DNA of 64,000 nucleotides from Setoptus koraiensis. Taxonomy: Eukaryota; Animalia; Arthropoda. How positions within the stretch are numbered: the first letter of the stretch is position 1; each line of letters begins with the position of its first letter. This document shows, in pieces, positions 1-11,289 of the stretch. The stretch covers positions 15,500,001-15,564,000 of the forward strand of contig CM106585.1 of NCBI GenBank assembly GCA_048013815.1. Direction: 5' to 3'. A program made the position numbers and the translations under genes. The notes under the pieces were generated by a model. It was given only the letters and a program-made list of their open reading frames with translations, did not search any database and was not told where the DNA came from.

Positions 1-1118
1 GTTTGTTCTGGTGTTGTTGTCGTTGGTGCCGAGGTGGTTACTGTTGTTGTTGGTTCTGCTGTTGCTGTTGTAGATTTAGGTGCCGGTGTAGTCGTTGGTT
101 CTAATGTTGTTGTTGCAGATTTGGGTGCTGGTGTTGTCGTTTGTTCTGGTGTTGTTGTCGTTGGTGCCGAGTTTGTTGTTGTTGTGGTTGGCGACGGTGT
201 TGTTGTCATTGTCGTCGTCGATGCTGGCGTTGCTGTTGTGGTTGACGAAAGTGTTGTCGTTATCGTTGTCGTTGTTGTAGGTGATAATGTTGTAGTGGTG
301 ACAGCTAAATCTGGAACTGTTGTAGTTGACGACTCTTGTGGCAGAATTGATGCCGGCGTTGCAGTAGCTGGCTCTATCTTTGTTGTCGTTTTGAACTCTG
401 GCGTTGTTATAGTTGCAGGTGCAGCAGTAGTAGATATTACAACTGGTACAGATTCTGTTGTGTTCGTGCTTATCAGTGCCACTGGTTCTGGTACAAATTC
501 TGGCTCTATGGATGTAGCTATTTCCAGCTCTAAGCTTGTAGTTGTTGTTTTTGGAGTTGTTGTTGTTGTGATTATTGGTGACCTTGTAGGTTTCGTTGTT
601 GGCAATGGTTGTGCAGTTGTCGTGGGTGTCGGTGATTTTCTAGCCTGCAGAATAGTTACCGGCGCACGCGATGTTGGTTTGATTGTTGTTGTTGTAGTTG
701 TCGTGGTTGTTGTTGTTGTAGTTGTTGCTGTTGTTGTCGTCGTTGTTCTTGTCTTTGGGACCAATATTGTTGCTGCGGTTGTTGTTCTAGGCAATGGTGT
801 TGTGGTTGTTGATTGTCTCGGATCTGCAGAATCTATTATTGTTTCTTCCTCTGCAATTTCCTCTTCATATTCTGCCCTCAACACCATGTGACATTCACAC
901 GGATGTATACTGGCCGCTGGGGGGCACCCGACCACGTGGACTAAATGCCTGGATTTTTGATACGCTAACAGGTCACTGTTTGCAGCATTCTTTGTTGTCT
1001 GTAGGTCATAATGATTTCTGGCCGTATCCATACCATTGGCTTGCATCGCTTCCAAGCTGGTGGAAATAAGCAGCCATGCTATATGAAATATCAACAGGTT
1101 TCTTTTAAATTTGAACAT
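1..1118 (-). CDS. Secreted Thr/Pro-rich mucin-like protein with an N-terminal Cys motif; 3' end lies beyond the left edge
   Basis: Hand translation of the minus frame not listed in the track: ATG at 1118, MFKFKRNLLIFHIAWLLISTSLEA (signal-like), CPPAASIHPCEC, an acidic stretch, then about 270 codons of T/P-rich sequence (TTTPAPKSTT, EPTTT) with no stop to position 1. Confidence 0.8.
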   Translation of the reverse strand, partial: MFKFKRNLLIFHIAWLLISTSLEAMQANGMDTARNHYDLQTTKNAANSDLLAYQKSRHLVHVVGCPPAASIHPCECHMVLRAEYEEEIAEEETIIDSADPRQSTTTTPLPRTTTAATILVPKTRTTTTTTATTTTTTTTTTTTTTIKPTSRAPVTILQARKSPTPTTTAQPLPTTKPTRSPIITTTTTPKTTTTSLELEIATSIEPEFVPEPVALISTNTTESVPVVISTTAAPATITTPEFKTTTKIEPATATPASILPQESSTTTVPDLAVTTTTLSPTTTTTITTTLSSTTTATPASTTTMTTTPSPTTTTTNSAPTTTTPEQTTTPAPKSATTTLEPTTTPAPKSTTATAEPTTTVTTSAPTTTTPEQ

Positions 1119-2689
1119 TTTTGTCTAATTAAAAATCTTCTTAAATGCAATCTATCGTGTGTGTGTGCCAACTACCTACTAATGCTTACTAATGCTGATA
1201 ATGATGATAATGTGTGCTCATAAATATACTTATGCCTGATTATTGCTTTACTAATGCTCGTCTCATACTGTCGTAGTTCTGCTGCTCGCTGGAGAAATTT
1301 GATAATGAATATAACAACAACACGGATTGTTGTTTCAAACAACTAAACAGGCTCACATGAGTACGAGAGATCTTCTTCGCACAGGTGAACTGATGGCGGC
1401 GGTGACGGCAGTGCTACGAATAATGGCAACAGTGCCGAAAGAAATACCATAATGCCATTATTAACGTCACACAGGAAGGAATAATGCGAATAAGGAATGG
1501 TTGTTGCCGCTGCTAAAGTGATGGAATCATGAGTTTGCGGAGTCACTGAGGAATGGAGAGGGACGCAAAAGTTCCAGACGCATAGAGAAGCGCTTGAACT
1601 CTCTTGTCGTGGATGCTGCTCTCTTGTAGATAATAGGCACTGTTTATCTGCCTAGTTATATTCTAGCCATTGTGGCGAGAAAGAATAGAAGCCACCACCG
1701 AGAAGCAAAAATACAAACCATGCTAACAAGAAAATTCAAGAGCAGCCCTAACCTAGAACTAGCCTTAACACTGAACAGTTGCTGGCAAAGTGCGGCCAGT
1801 GTGCTAGCAGGACAATGGTGTTGCTATCCCTCTCCTCTTGTCCACCTTTTGCTGGCAAATAGATCGATTGGATTAGATTTATTTGCTATACCCACAGGCC
1901 AATCCCATGTTATTTATGTTGTTGTTGGTGCTGGTGCCGTTGTTGTTGTTTGTGCTGTTGTTGCTGTTATTGTTGGTGTTGTTGGTGTTGTTGTTGTTGT
2001 TGTTGCCGCTGTAGCCGCTGCTATTTATGCTGTGGCAGTGCCTGTAGTTAGAGTTGTAGTTGATGTTGTCGGCTTTTGTTGGTTTCCCGAAAAGCAGCAG
2101 CAACACACACACTCACAGCGACAAGGAATAATCCGAAACAAAGAACATGAGTGACAGGTAAACTGAGACCACTTGATAGAACCGCCTACCTTTGCAGATT
2201 ATATGTACATTATACTATTATACCACACAACCACCACCACCACCACCACCACCACAACCCCCACTACCACATCAACAGCAACATCTACTAATGAATTCCA
2301 ACTAACCCGGATCAAATTCGCACCATGGGAGTCACACCGCATAGATCTGCCCCGAGGCCGCCATGCGATTCTTCTACCATGTTATGCCATTCCTACCAGC
2401 CATCAATGTTTCTGATAACAAACTTAATACTAATAACAAGCTAAATCAACATTTAGTTAAGATTATCGTGATTATGGTGAACTTGTAACTGCTCTGGTAA
2501 TCAATGAATGGTAAGTAACATCAATTGCCAGAATAATGGCGCTGCGACCAGGTCCAGACAGTAAGTAATTGATATTTTAATTTCATCCGTTTTATATACC
2601 ATGTATTAGCAACAGCAACTAAGTATACACATTCTACCACTACGGAATGTGATTAATAACAACAATAAAATAAAATTCACGTTTCTCAC

Positions 2690-4400
2690 CCGGCCACTTG
2701 TTGTTTTTGTTGTAATTTTGAGATGAGATTAAATTCCATGCAACAAACTAATTCCATGGAATGGCCATTCAGTGTTTGTTGAGTGTCAGTCACACTATCG
2801 CTTATCACAATAAACGCATGAATAACTAATGATGAACGATCTAAATACACACAACTTAACACATACAAATAATAGCCTTGTTCTTTGCAAACGGTTACTC
2901 TATCATTCTTCTATCTAACAAAAGACCCACGTTCAATACTAGTCAATCTATGGCATATTTAAGTTTACTCATTTAACATGAACAATTGAACAAATTATTG
3001 CTCTGAAATAACACAGAATACGATCGTTATGGCCTTCAATTCTTCGTTATAAACTTTCTCGGGTGTCATACTACATTATGAATGGCATACTTTTAAATGG
3101 AACATGCAAATATAAAATTGTAATCTTCATCATATGATTGACATTGCCAATTAGTGGCTAGCCTGTGTGAATTATATAATTGTCGTATCTGGAAATGCGA
3201 TTCACTTGTATGTTCAATTAACAACATATGAAGACAGAAAATTTCGCTAATTGTACACCAATAAGCACTATCAGATAGAATAATGATGACTGCTAATTAT
3301 GATTATGACCAACAATTATTCCTATCAAATACACAAGATGCATATATACTCTAGAAAGTAGATTCATTTGGTTATCCCTTGCGGACTTCCGATCGACAAC
3401 ATAGACAGTAATTAATGAGAATTTTAGGATGATTGATTCAAAGATGAAAAATTTCAAAATGATACATTCCAAAAAGATGTGTCATGCATTTATGATGATG
3501 TTCGCATCTTCTCTTGTATGCACCGAACAAGTTTAGGCGTCTCTTCTTTTCTCAATGGACGTTATCGCAATTGACCAGACTGAGATCATAATAAAAAGTT
3601 GTATGCGACAAAGCAAGACTGAAAAATTGACTAAACACTTTATTTGTATATATTGGTCGTGTTTATGAGTTTAACATTCAACTCTATATAATCGTCATTC
3701 ATTCAATTCACTGTGTTCCATATCATGATATATCACATGATCACTTCTCTCTTGGGTCTGGAATTGATTGGTTTGTGAGGCTAGCATAAAAGCCACTTTA
3801 TTTCATTGTATATTCGAAATGATTTTCAATAATGTTTTTACTGACGATAGTCGCTGGTATCGTGGTCTGGCTGGCTAAGACACCTAAACTTGCCAGAAAG
3901 AAAAATCTGCTAATTATACACTAATCAGCACTATTATACAGTGAATGGAATAATGATGAGAGCTTAATATGGTAATTGCCAACAATTATTCTCATAGACA
4001 AAACTCACTTCCATCCTCGACAGTTGATTGCGGATATATTTCGCAGACTTCCGATTACCAACGGAAACGGTAATTAATTCGCAAGAATTCTTTATTGACT
4101 GGGTGATTCAATTTCGAAAACTTCCAATAGGATGCGCCATGCGTTCATCAGAGGACATTTTCGCATCTTCATTCTTATCCAGCGAGCAGGTAAGGGTGTA
4201 TCCTTTTTTCTCGAGAAGTGTTATTTCAATCTTTTAATTGATCCATAAAAGTCCTAGTGAAAAGTTAAATGCGACTCTGTTTGATTGAAGAATTGACTAA
4301 ACACTTTCTTTATATTTATTAGGTGTGTTTATGAGATTTACAGTTATCTTCAGTTCATCGTCATCAATTTATTGTATATATATATATATTTATGATCATT
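2690..4400 (-). pseudogene. Two, possibly three, diverged tandem copies (about 670-bp period) of a decayed unknown gene
   Basis: Shared anchors recur about 670 bp apart: ccaacaattattc, gacttccgat, attgactaaacacttt. Aligned blocks differ mainly at third codon positions (LITV..V..RKSA; TCS....EDA), but both copies carry stops and frameshifts. Confidence 0.5.
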
Positions 4401-4846
4401 TCTGCTGTATATCAATCTTGGCCCTAAAATCAACCTGATCACCTAGTATAAATTTACACTTGAGTGTTGCATTTGAACGTCCTTTGATTGTAGCCGCATT
4501 TGTATTTTAACTTTCAGATTTGCCAGATAAAATGATTTCTGGTCGGTTGGTGTGTCTACAGTAATGTGATAAGATTTGTACACGTCTCTGACGTCTTTTT
4601 GATGGCGATTCTGTGGGCTTGAGTGTGTTTTGTGTCTTGCATATTCGCTTAGTATTATAAAGTGATTCTCCTGCGGTTGTAGTGACATAGTAGAGTTCTG
4701 TTTATGGTGCTTCGGCTGGAATTCTATTTCATCCTTCAACCTTCATTCTTATAATGTTAAAAGCGTCATGTTTAATACCAATACAGCTCTTAGGGGTCAT
4801 ATTTATTTATTTACTTATGATTTGGTTACCTACAAATGTCCCTGAA

Positions 4847-7540
4847 TTAAGCAAAGTACATTACTTTCGTGGTATCAGAGTGCACAGTGACGGCACGAGT
4901 CATGGCAGTTACAGTTCGGTCATCGCCATTCGCTCCTGAATGTGATGAGCTTTCGCCACTATCATGCTCTTTCTCGACCAAGTGATAACGAGCTCGGAAT
5001 GCCACTAGATGGGCGTAATATGCTGGAGCTGGGATAGACACCGACCGTGTACAGCGGACATATGTGTGACATAGCTGATATGTGAGGCATTGCAATTCGT
5101 CAGCATTGAAGTTATTGTCATCCCATAGTACATGATAATGTGATGGACGTGAAGTTCCTTGAATACCGGAATGGGAGCATAGGTAGAAATCAAATTCAGT
5201 TGGATGTGTGATACCAACATCCACAGTTGTTCCTGCTGGTATGTTTCCAGATTTGCCACATTGATCATTTTTACTAACACTAAATAGTCTTGTATGATGA
5301 CGTTTTTGTACGACAATAAATGTGATACCTGGTCTGTAATCTTCTTCTAGTTTGAAACAAGCTTGACGGACGGCTAACAGTTCATGAGCCAAAACTTGAT
5401 TAAATTGACCTTCTGAAACGCCATCTCGGTAAAATATAATCCGGTTTGGCTTGAATCTAGTTGATTTGTAAAATTGTAACAATAGCTCCTTAACCATTGA
5501 AGCTAGATCCTGGATCATATCTTGACGATGCTGCTGGACCCTAACGGTAGCAGCATATCGGCTTGGGTGTGCATCCATGGAGCCAACACATGCGGCGATT
5601 GAAGGCTTCTTGTTATCACCTGCCGGAGGGTGGGTTACATCGGCACCTAAGAATATGACAGGCTCATTGAAAACCTTAGGTCTAAACATTGGACAAACAT
5701 TAGATGGTTAAAAGTTAGATTCGATACAAGTATAGTTTTGGAGATGCAAGTCAGAACAACGCTAGAACATAACTCCAATAAAACATATCAAGAGAAATAC
5801 TTACCTAATGGTGGGCACAAGTATGCTGTTGATGCCTCCTAGCTTTACATTAATCTTGAGGCATAGATTCGATAACGTTTGTGGAGAAGTCTTGTTAACA
5901 TTCTTGGCTTGGACACACTGTGTTGCCATACCCAGTACAGTATCTCCTACTCTTTTGACCTCAGCATAAACTGGCGTCTTACCCGGTAATATAACTACTA
6001 TTAATTGTAAACCAGCGAATGAACCTTTGAGATATCTGAACATTGGCTCTACCTGATCCGGCCCGGTAGCGTATTTGCAGAAGCATGGCTGGCCAACAAT
6101 AGGCATTCCGGCGTCGTTTGAAATCTTTTGTAATTGTTGAGTGAAGTTGCGGATGGCGTCATCTCGGACTGTCTTAGAGGGTGCGAAGCAAGCAATGGCC
6201 CAAACTCTGATTTCTACACCAGTGTGGAATTGTTTTCCACGCATGTCCCAAACGCCTTGGACAGGCACCGCCTGTTGTTTGGTTCGCCCTCCATATTGCA
6301 ATTTGGGCGCTGGTAAAACTCGCCCTTTGACTTCCATCATAGTAGAGCTTATTTGTAGATCGAATTCCTTTACGTATGGATCGTTATTAAAATCGGCCTT
6401 GTTAACCAGGTTGGTAATTTCACGTTCGCGATCAGGAGCACTGCGTGCTGTCGCTCTAATCATAGTAGATGTTTGTGTATCCGTTAATTTTTTGATGCAA
6501 CGTTGTCCACTAACAATGTTACAAACTTCAAGTGGTAAATAAGTATGTTTATGCTCTTGGCCAACTTGAAGACATGGAAGGTGTGGATATTTCAATTTAA
6601 GTTTGTATTTGTCAAAAAAGTATTTGGCTACAGTACATTCAACTGTCTGACCATTCTCTAGTTGTAAAGGAAAGCTTTGCATTTGGGCAGCTCGTCTAGT
6701 AACGTTGCAAACACGATATTTCCTTCTCATGGAGCCACAATGTGTTATTTCTATTTTGAGTCCTTTAATCTCTTTAGTAAATTTAACCCTGTGCGAATCA
6801 GATAGGGGTTTACGGTGTTCATTGAGATTTTGTATTTCTAAAACTTCGCACATAAATTCAATGACTGGTTGAGCTTTGTAGAATGCCGTGGCTGAGACAT
6901 CAATATTTAATGTCATTTTCCATTGTGATGGTCGAACACTTTGATGGAATCCAAACCATACCTCACGTCCCCCTCCTAAGGCATGCGAGTAACCATCTGG
7001 CGATGAAAAGAATGATCTGCCAACTGGTGTGTATGTCATTGATGGTAAATGTCTCATAACAACATCTAAAGCTTGTGTAGCGTCGAAAGGTATTGTTCTT
7101 GAATTTCCTTCTAGTGCTAATTCTAATGCATTTAAACTAACTTGACTAAGCCATTTGATGGAAACACGGAAGACACGATCCTTGCCTTCGCCTGGTAGTG
7201 TAACCTCTAGTTCAACCTTATCTCGACCAATAGGTAAGTCGTCTTTGGTGTATAGATTTTTTCTACCGTCAAATACTGGCTTTTGACTACCAAATATTTT
7301 AGGGAACGATGAGACCATAGTCTCAATAATTTCGCGATTAATCTTTCTTGGACATTTGTCTGGCGTGATGGTAACTTCATAGAGATGCAAGAATCCTCTT
7401 GGCATGCATAACGTAAAATGATTGGCTCGTAGTGCTATGGGTCGGCCTTCGGTACCAAAATTGGGCCTCGATGGACACAAGAATTGAGGCAGAGAGGTTG
7501 CCACTTCGCCGCCCAGCGCCAGCGGCAGGCTACCGAACAT
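4847..7540 (-). CDS. AGO1: Argonaute, miRNA class (insect Ago1 / vertebrate AGO-like), 856 aa; exons 7540-5805 and 5681-4847
   Basis: N domain ([18 protein letters not shown]), PAZ ([24 protein letters not shown]), MID, and PIWI with catalytic residues (GADV, YRDGV, YAHL) ending MYFA. A 123-nt GT-AG intron at 5804-5682 joins PTIR to PKVFNEP in frame; the CDS is 2571 nt. Confidence 0.97.
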
Positions 7541-7544
7541 AATT

Positions 7545-7690
7545 GTGATTTGTTATTATTATTTTATTATTATATAATATATATAAATATATATAATATA
7601 TATATTATATATATTTATTTATGATTATATTGTATTATTATATTGTGATTATTATTATAATTATTATTAATATTATTTTGATTATTTTGA
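7545..7690. repeat. AT-rich low-complexity tract (ATT/TA repeats) immediately upstream of the Argonaute start codon
   Basis: Almost pure A/T runs of attatt and tatata. Confidence 0.8.
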
Positions 7691-8478
7691 TTTTGAGTTG
7701 GCTATAGTGGTGATGCTGCTGCTGTTAGAAATAGTGCAGCTAAAGTGTGCGTGTGTGTTCGTATGTGTGTGTGTCTGTGTGTCTGTTCAATGGTACCAGT
7801 TGTTGGTGGTGGTGTTTTTTTGCCTTTAGGTGCTTGTGTGGATACCATCAAAGCTTGGTGTGCTTGTGACACCCTTCACTGTGCCATGTATAAATATAGG
7901 GTGCAACAAGCCATTCTGTTGGTTATGAAGCGCCTTGTGCAGCACGCGAGCACAGAACGTTCAAAAGCCGCGTATGCGCTGCTCCGATCCCATTCGTTGC
8001 GTGGTTTTTGTGTGCAACTGAATTTGTATACTCAACAGCGAGCGGCCTGTGCCCATGCGCAATCTGTGCCTTAGTAGCCTTGACTGTTGACTGCAACAAT
8101 GCATTGTGTAAGCCGGCTGGGAATAAACAGTGCAATGTGGGCCAATTGCCTGCAACACCCTATATAAAACAACGATGGTGCGCATGAAACGCACATCCAA
8201 CGAGTGTGCATGTGTATATGTGTACATTCTCACATCACTCGCTGGCTGGTTGGCAAACTAGGCTGGGTGGCGTATGTGTGCACTTAGAAGCGCCCCCTAC
8301 AATTTCGTAGCGCACATCATACAGTGTGCGCTTTGTGGGCTGGTGTGCGCTGCGTCCACTCTCTGCAATACGGAGTCTGTGTGGCAAACGAGAGAGGGAC
8401 ACACACACAATTGGGCAAACGCTCGCTCGTTTGCACACAAACACACAAGACGAGAGTAACTGCCTCCCCTTTTTGCTT

Positions 8479-8492
8479 TGTGTGTGTGTGTG

Positions 8493-8526
<34 letters not shown>
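8479..8526. repeat. (GT)n microsatellite
   Basis: About 24 GT units with one interruption. Confidence 0.95.
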
Positions 8527-9050
8527 AGAGTGTGTGCAAGGGCACAGAACACGCAGTCACAACTCTGAGATGGTGACTGGGCTGCTGCTGATGGTCTATT
8601 CCCGTTTGGTCTGTTGTTCTGGCTGTAACGTGTGTCTACTGATCGCTACTGGCCTAATGCGGTGTGTTGGAAACTTCCGCTCGAGGGCGCTTCTTGATTT
8701 CATGTTCACGAGACTTGATAGAGTGTAATTGTAAGCGTCTGCGTAATTTTTTTGCAGCAACAGCATCGGCTGCTACTAGACCTCACAAAGTGCATCATAG
8801 CGGACGTTACATAATTGCTGCACCAAGACAACAAGAGCGAGAGTTCTTTTTTCATATCGCACCACGATGAACGAGTTGAGCGTTTGCGCAACTAGCTCAT
8901 TTTGGTGTTCGAGGACCAAAGGTAAATACACATGACTGGCCTTTGTTGTGCAAACCAACGAACATTCGTACACCCGCTTTAGTAAATATTTGGACGGTTC
9001 TGCGAGTCTGTGTGCGCAGAAGGAGAGCGCCAAATTTGAAAGCGCAAAAA

Positions 9051-9213
9051 GTGTCGCGCTTTTTGGCGCGACACTTGTGTGATCGGTTACTCAACCGATC
9101 ACACAAGTGTGATCGGTTGAATAACCGTTGAATAACACGCACAGCGTGTTATTCAACGGGTTGAGTGATTGACATGTGATTGACATTCGTCAATCACACG
9201 TCAATCACTCAAC
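9051..9213. repeat. Run of abutting and overlapping palindromes (five hairpins)
   Basis: Stems: 9051-9074 (9 bp), 9071-9110 (18 bp perfect), 9091-9120 (14 bp perfect), 9125-9159 (16 bp perfect), 9160-9213 (25 bp, one mismatch). Confidence 0.9.
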
Positions 9214-9254
9214 AAGGCCGAGATATTTATAATAAATTTGATACATTAAAAATT

Positions 9255-9557
9255 ATTGCACCGGCCCAAAATTGCACTTTTTATTGCACTTGTTGCTCTG
9301 GATATTGCACTGGATATTGCACTGGATATTGCACCGGATATTGCACTAAATATTGCACTGGTTATTGCACTAAATATTGCACTGGATATTGCACTATCTG
9401 ACTAGATTGGTTGCGGACTAGACTTGATTGCACTTAATTACTATTGCACTTGATTACTATTGCACTTAATTACTATTGCACTTAATATTTATTGCACTTG
9501 ATATTGCACATAGTTGCTATTGCACTTCGGACTAGAATTTTACCTAAATTATTGCAC
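9255..9557. repeat. Tandem array of the ATTGCAC core (19 copies; 12-bp then 16-bp periodicity)
   Basis: Counted directly: 8 copies at 12-bp spacing (9304-9388, unit tattgcactgga) and a 16-bp-spaced block from 9427 (unit attgcacttaattact). Confidence 0.92.
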
Positions 9558-9747
9558 AATTTCAATCGGCCTTGACAAGCCAGCACCCCTTTTGGCCCCA
9601 AAAAAAAAAAATTAAGGTGAGTATAAACAATTGATACCCTTCTCTACTCTCTCTCTACGCCTTCGCACTTTTCGCTTTTTAGGACACCCTGTATTGCCCA
9701 ATTTGCTCTGCTATAACCTGATTCTTCGCGGTTTTTTGTTCGAAATA

Positions 9748-10960
9748 CAGGGTGTCCCAATAATATTTGTCCACTTTTCGATCGAAAAATACATGGTGTC
9801 GTTTTAATATTGCGCACTTTCGACGCATGTTTCCAACTCGATTCGTTTCACTCTTTTTGTTTCACCATGTATATTTAGATTCTAACATTTAGCATGTCGT
9901 TGATAGATCATGACTATTGCCTTCCTGTTGCCAGTGTGCAATTTCGAACTTCCGTTGTCGAGAGAACAAAAATTATAGAGCTTCATAATGCTAAGAAGCC
10001 GATCTAACATATTGCTAGGCAATTTGGTCGATCTAAACAAACTATTTATAATGTTCTCGGCACATGGAAAGATGAATCGCGGTTGACTCCTTTGAAATCT
10101 CCTGGTAGACCTCCATTATTTGACATTAGTGATCGAGTGAGAGATTATCTTGATGCCAATCCATTTGCGAATGATATTGATGTGATGAGAGAACTCGAAC
10201 TTGGTTGCAGTTGGTCGACTTATTCGATTGTCTGTAGGAAACTTGATCTGAAATCTCGTGTTTCAGCTTCAAAGTTCATTCTTACAGATGCTCATCGAGC
10301 TGCTAGGTTGTTGTGGTGTTATGATAGGGAGGATTGGGGTATTGAGGATTGGCGACATGTTTGCTTTTCTGATGAGTTTCCTCTGACAAATTCGAGCCAG
10401 TATCAATTACGATGCCGAAGGCCATCAAGGAAACGATTTGACAGGAAATATGTCAAACCTTATGCTCCCAAATCCATGAGTTTGTCGATGCATGGCTTCA
10501 TCACCTATGATGGAGTTGGCTTGCTTCAACCTACTGGTCCTCGCATGGATAGTCAGATTTACTGCGATCATATTCTCTCTTCTGCATTTGAATGGTTGAA
10601 CGCAAATCATCCAGACCAGTTTTGGATTTGGCAACAAGATAATGCTTCCACTCATCGGTCTAAGTGGACCACTGATTTTCTCGAGAATAATTTAGACTAT
10701 AAGCAGATTTTGGAATTGCGAGCCAAGTCTCCTGATCTAAATATTATTGAGAATGTTTGGGCCCAAATGTGGAGGCGGAAGGTTAAGATTTTGAGAGAAA
10801 ACCCGGTTTAATCTGAGCAAGAGTTGCTTAATCTGGCACAGGAAGTGTGGTCAGGATTATCTCTGGATTTTATTCAGGACCTGTACCGATCCATGCCTAA
10901 ACGGATCAAGGAAGTCATTGCCAAAAATGGTTATTTAACAAAATATTAATGTGCATTAAA
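9748..10960 (+). mobile_element. Tc1/mariner-superfamily DNA transposon, defective; left TIR present, right TIR not found
   Basis: TA followed by cagggtgtcccaataat at 9746-9764 is a typical Tc1-type terminus. It precedes the transposase reading frame, and an aataaa signal follows the stop. Confidence 0.85.
9894..10949 (+). pseudogene. Tc1-like transposase pseudogene (351 codons, DD36E triad, two in-frame TAA stops at 10005 and 10809)
   Basis: One continuous frame: HTH region (IARQFGRSKQTIYNVL), GRPP linker, FSDE, QQDNAS, SPDLNIIENVW, and C-terminal SMPKRIKEVIAKNGYLTKY. Confidence 0.92.
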
Positions 10961-11206
10961 ATAAAAGTCAATCAACTGGTCTAGTTTCTTCAATTTTGGG
11001 TGCTGTGTTCCTTCTTCTTCTCTAATTGTGATAACTTTGTGATAACTTTTTGGCCCAAAAACTCACTTTTTGTCGGATCATTCGCACTTTTCTCTGAAAA
11101 GGTAGATCTTTGAGTTTTCACTTTCAGTGAAATCGATCCGGGGTCAGACAGCGGATCCGAAAATATGTGAATTTGTGGCATAAATTCACTCTGGTGCATC
11201 TGGTAA

Positions 11207-11289
11207 CCCATACCCGCGTAAATGCGCATGGTGCCCATGCTCGCCCACGCGCGCGGGTATGGGAGATCATGGGAGCTCCCATGATCTCC
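11207..11289. repeat. Inverted repeats including a perfect 28-bp palindrome
   Basis: ggagatcatgggag|ctcccatgatctcc at 11262-11289; cccatacccgcg (11207-11218) / cgcgggtatggg (11252-11263). Confidence 0.9.

Noticed and set aside
34-891. 285-aa Val-rich plus-strand ORF
   Set aside because: Antisense shadow of the Thr-rich mucin ORF on the minus strand, which has a signal peptide and Cys motif.
2690-4400. Alternative genetic code or stop-codon editing (TGA aligned to TGG, TAA aligned to GAA/CAA between the duplicated units)
   Set aside because: Several frameshifts are also needed to keep the alignment, and neighbouring genes use standard stops; ordinary decay is simpler.
4443-4739. 98-codon ORF just downstream of Argonaute
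   Set aside because: Non-ATG start, no recognisable motif, and it lies where the Argonaute 3' UTR is expected.
5797-5806. ATACTTACCT, the 5' end of U1 snRNA
   Set aside because: It is the reverse complement of the Argonaute intron donor (AG|GTAAGTAT); no U1 body follows.
9255-9557. CRISPR-like repeat array
   Set aside because: Repeat core is only 7 bp, spacers are 5-9 bp and repetitive, there are no cas genes, and the context is eukaryotic.
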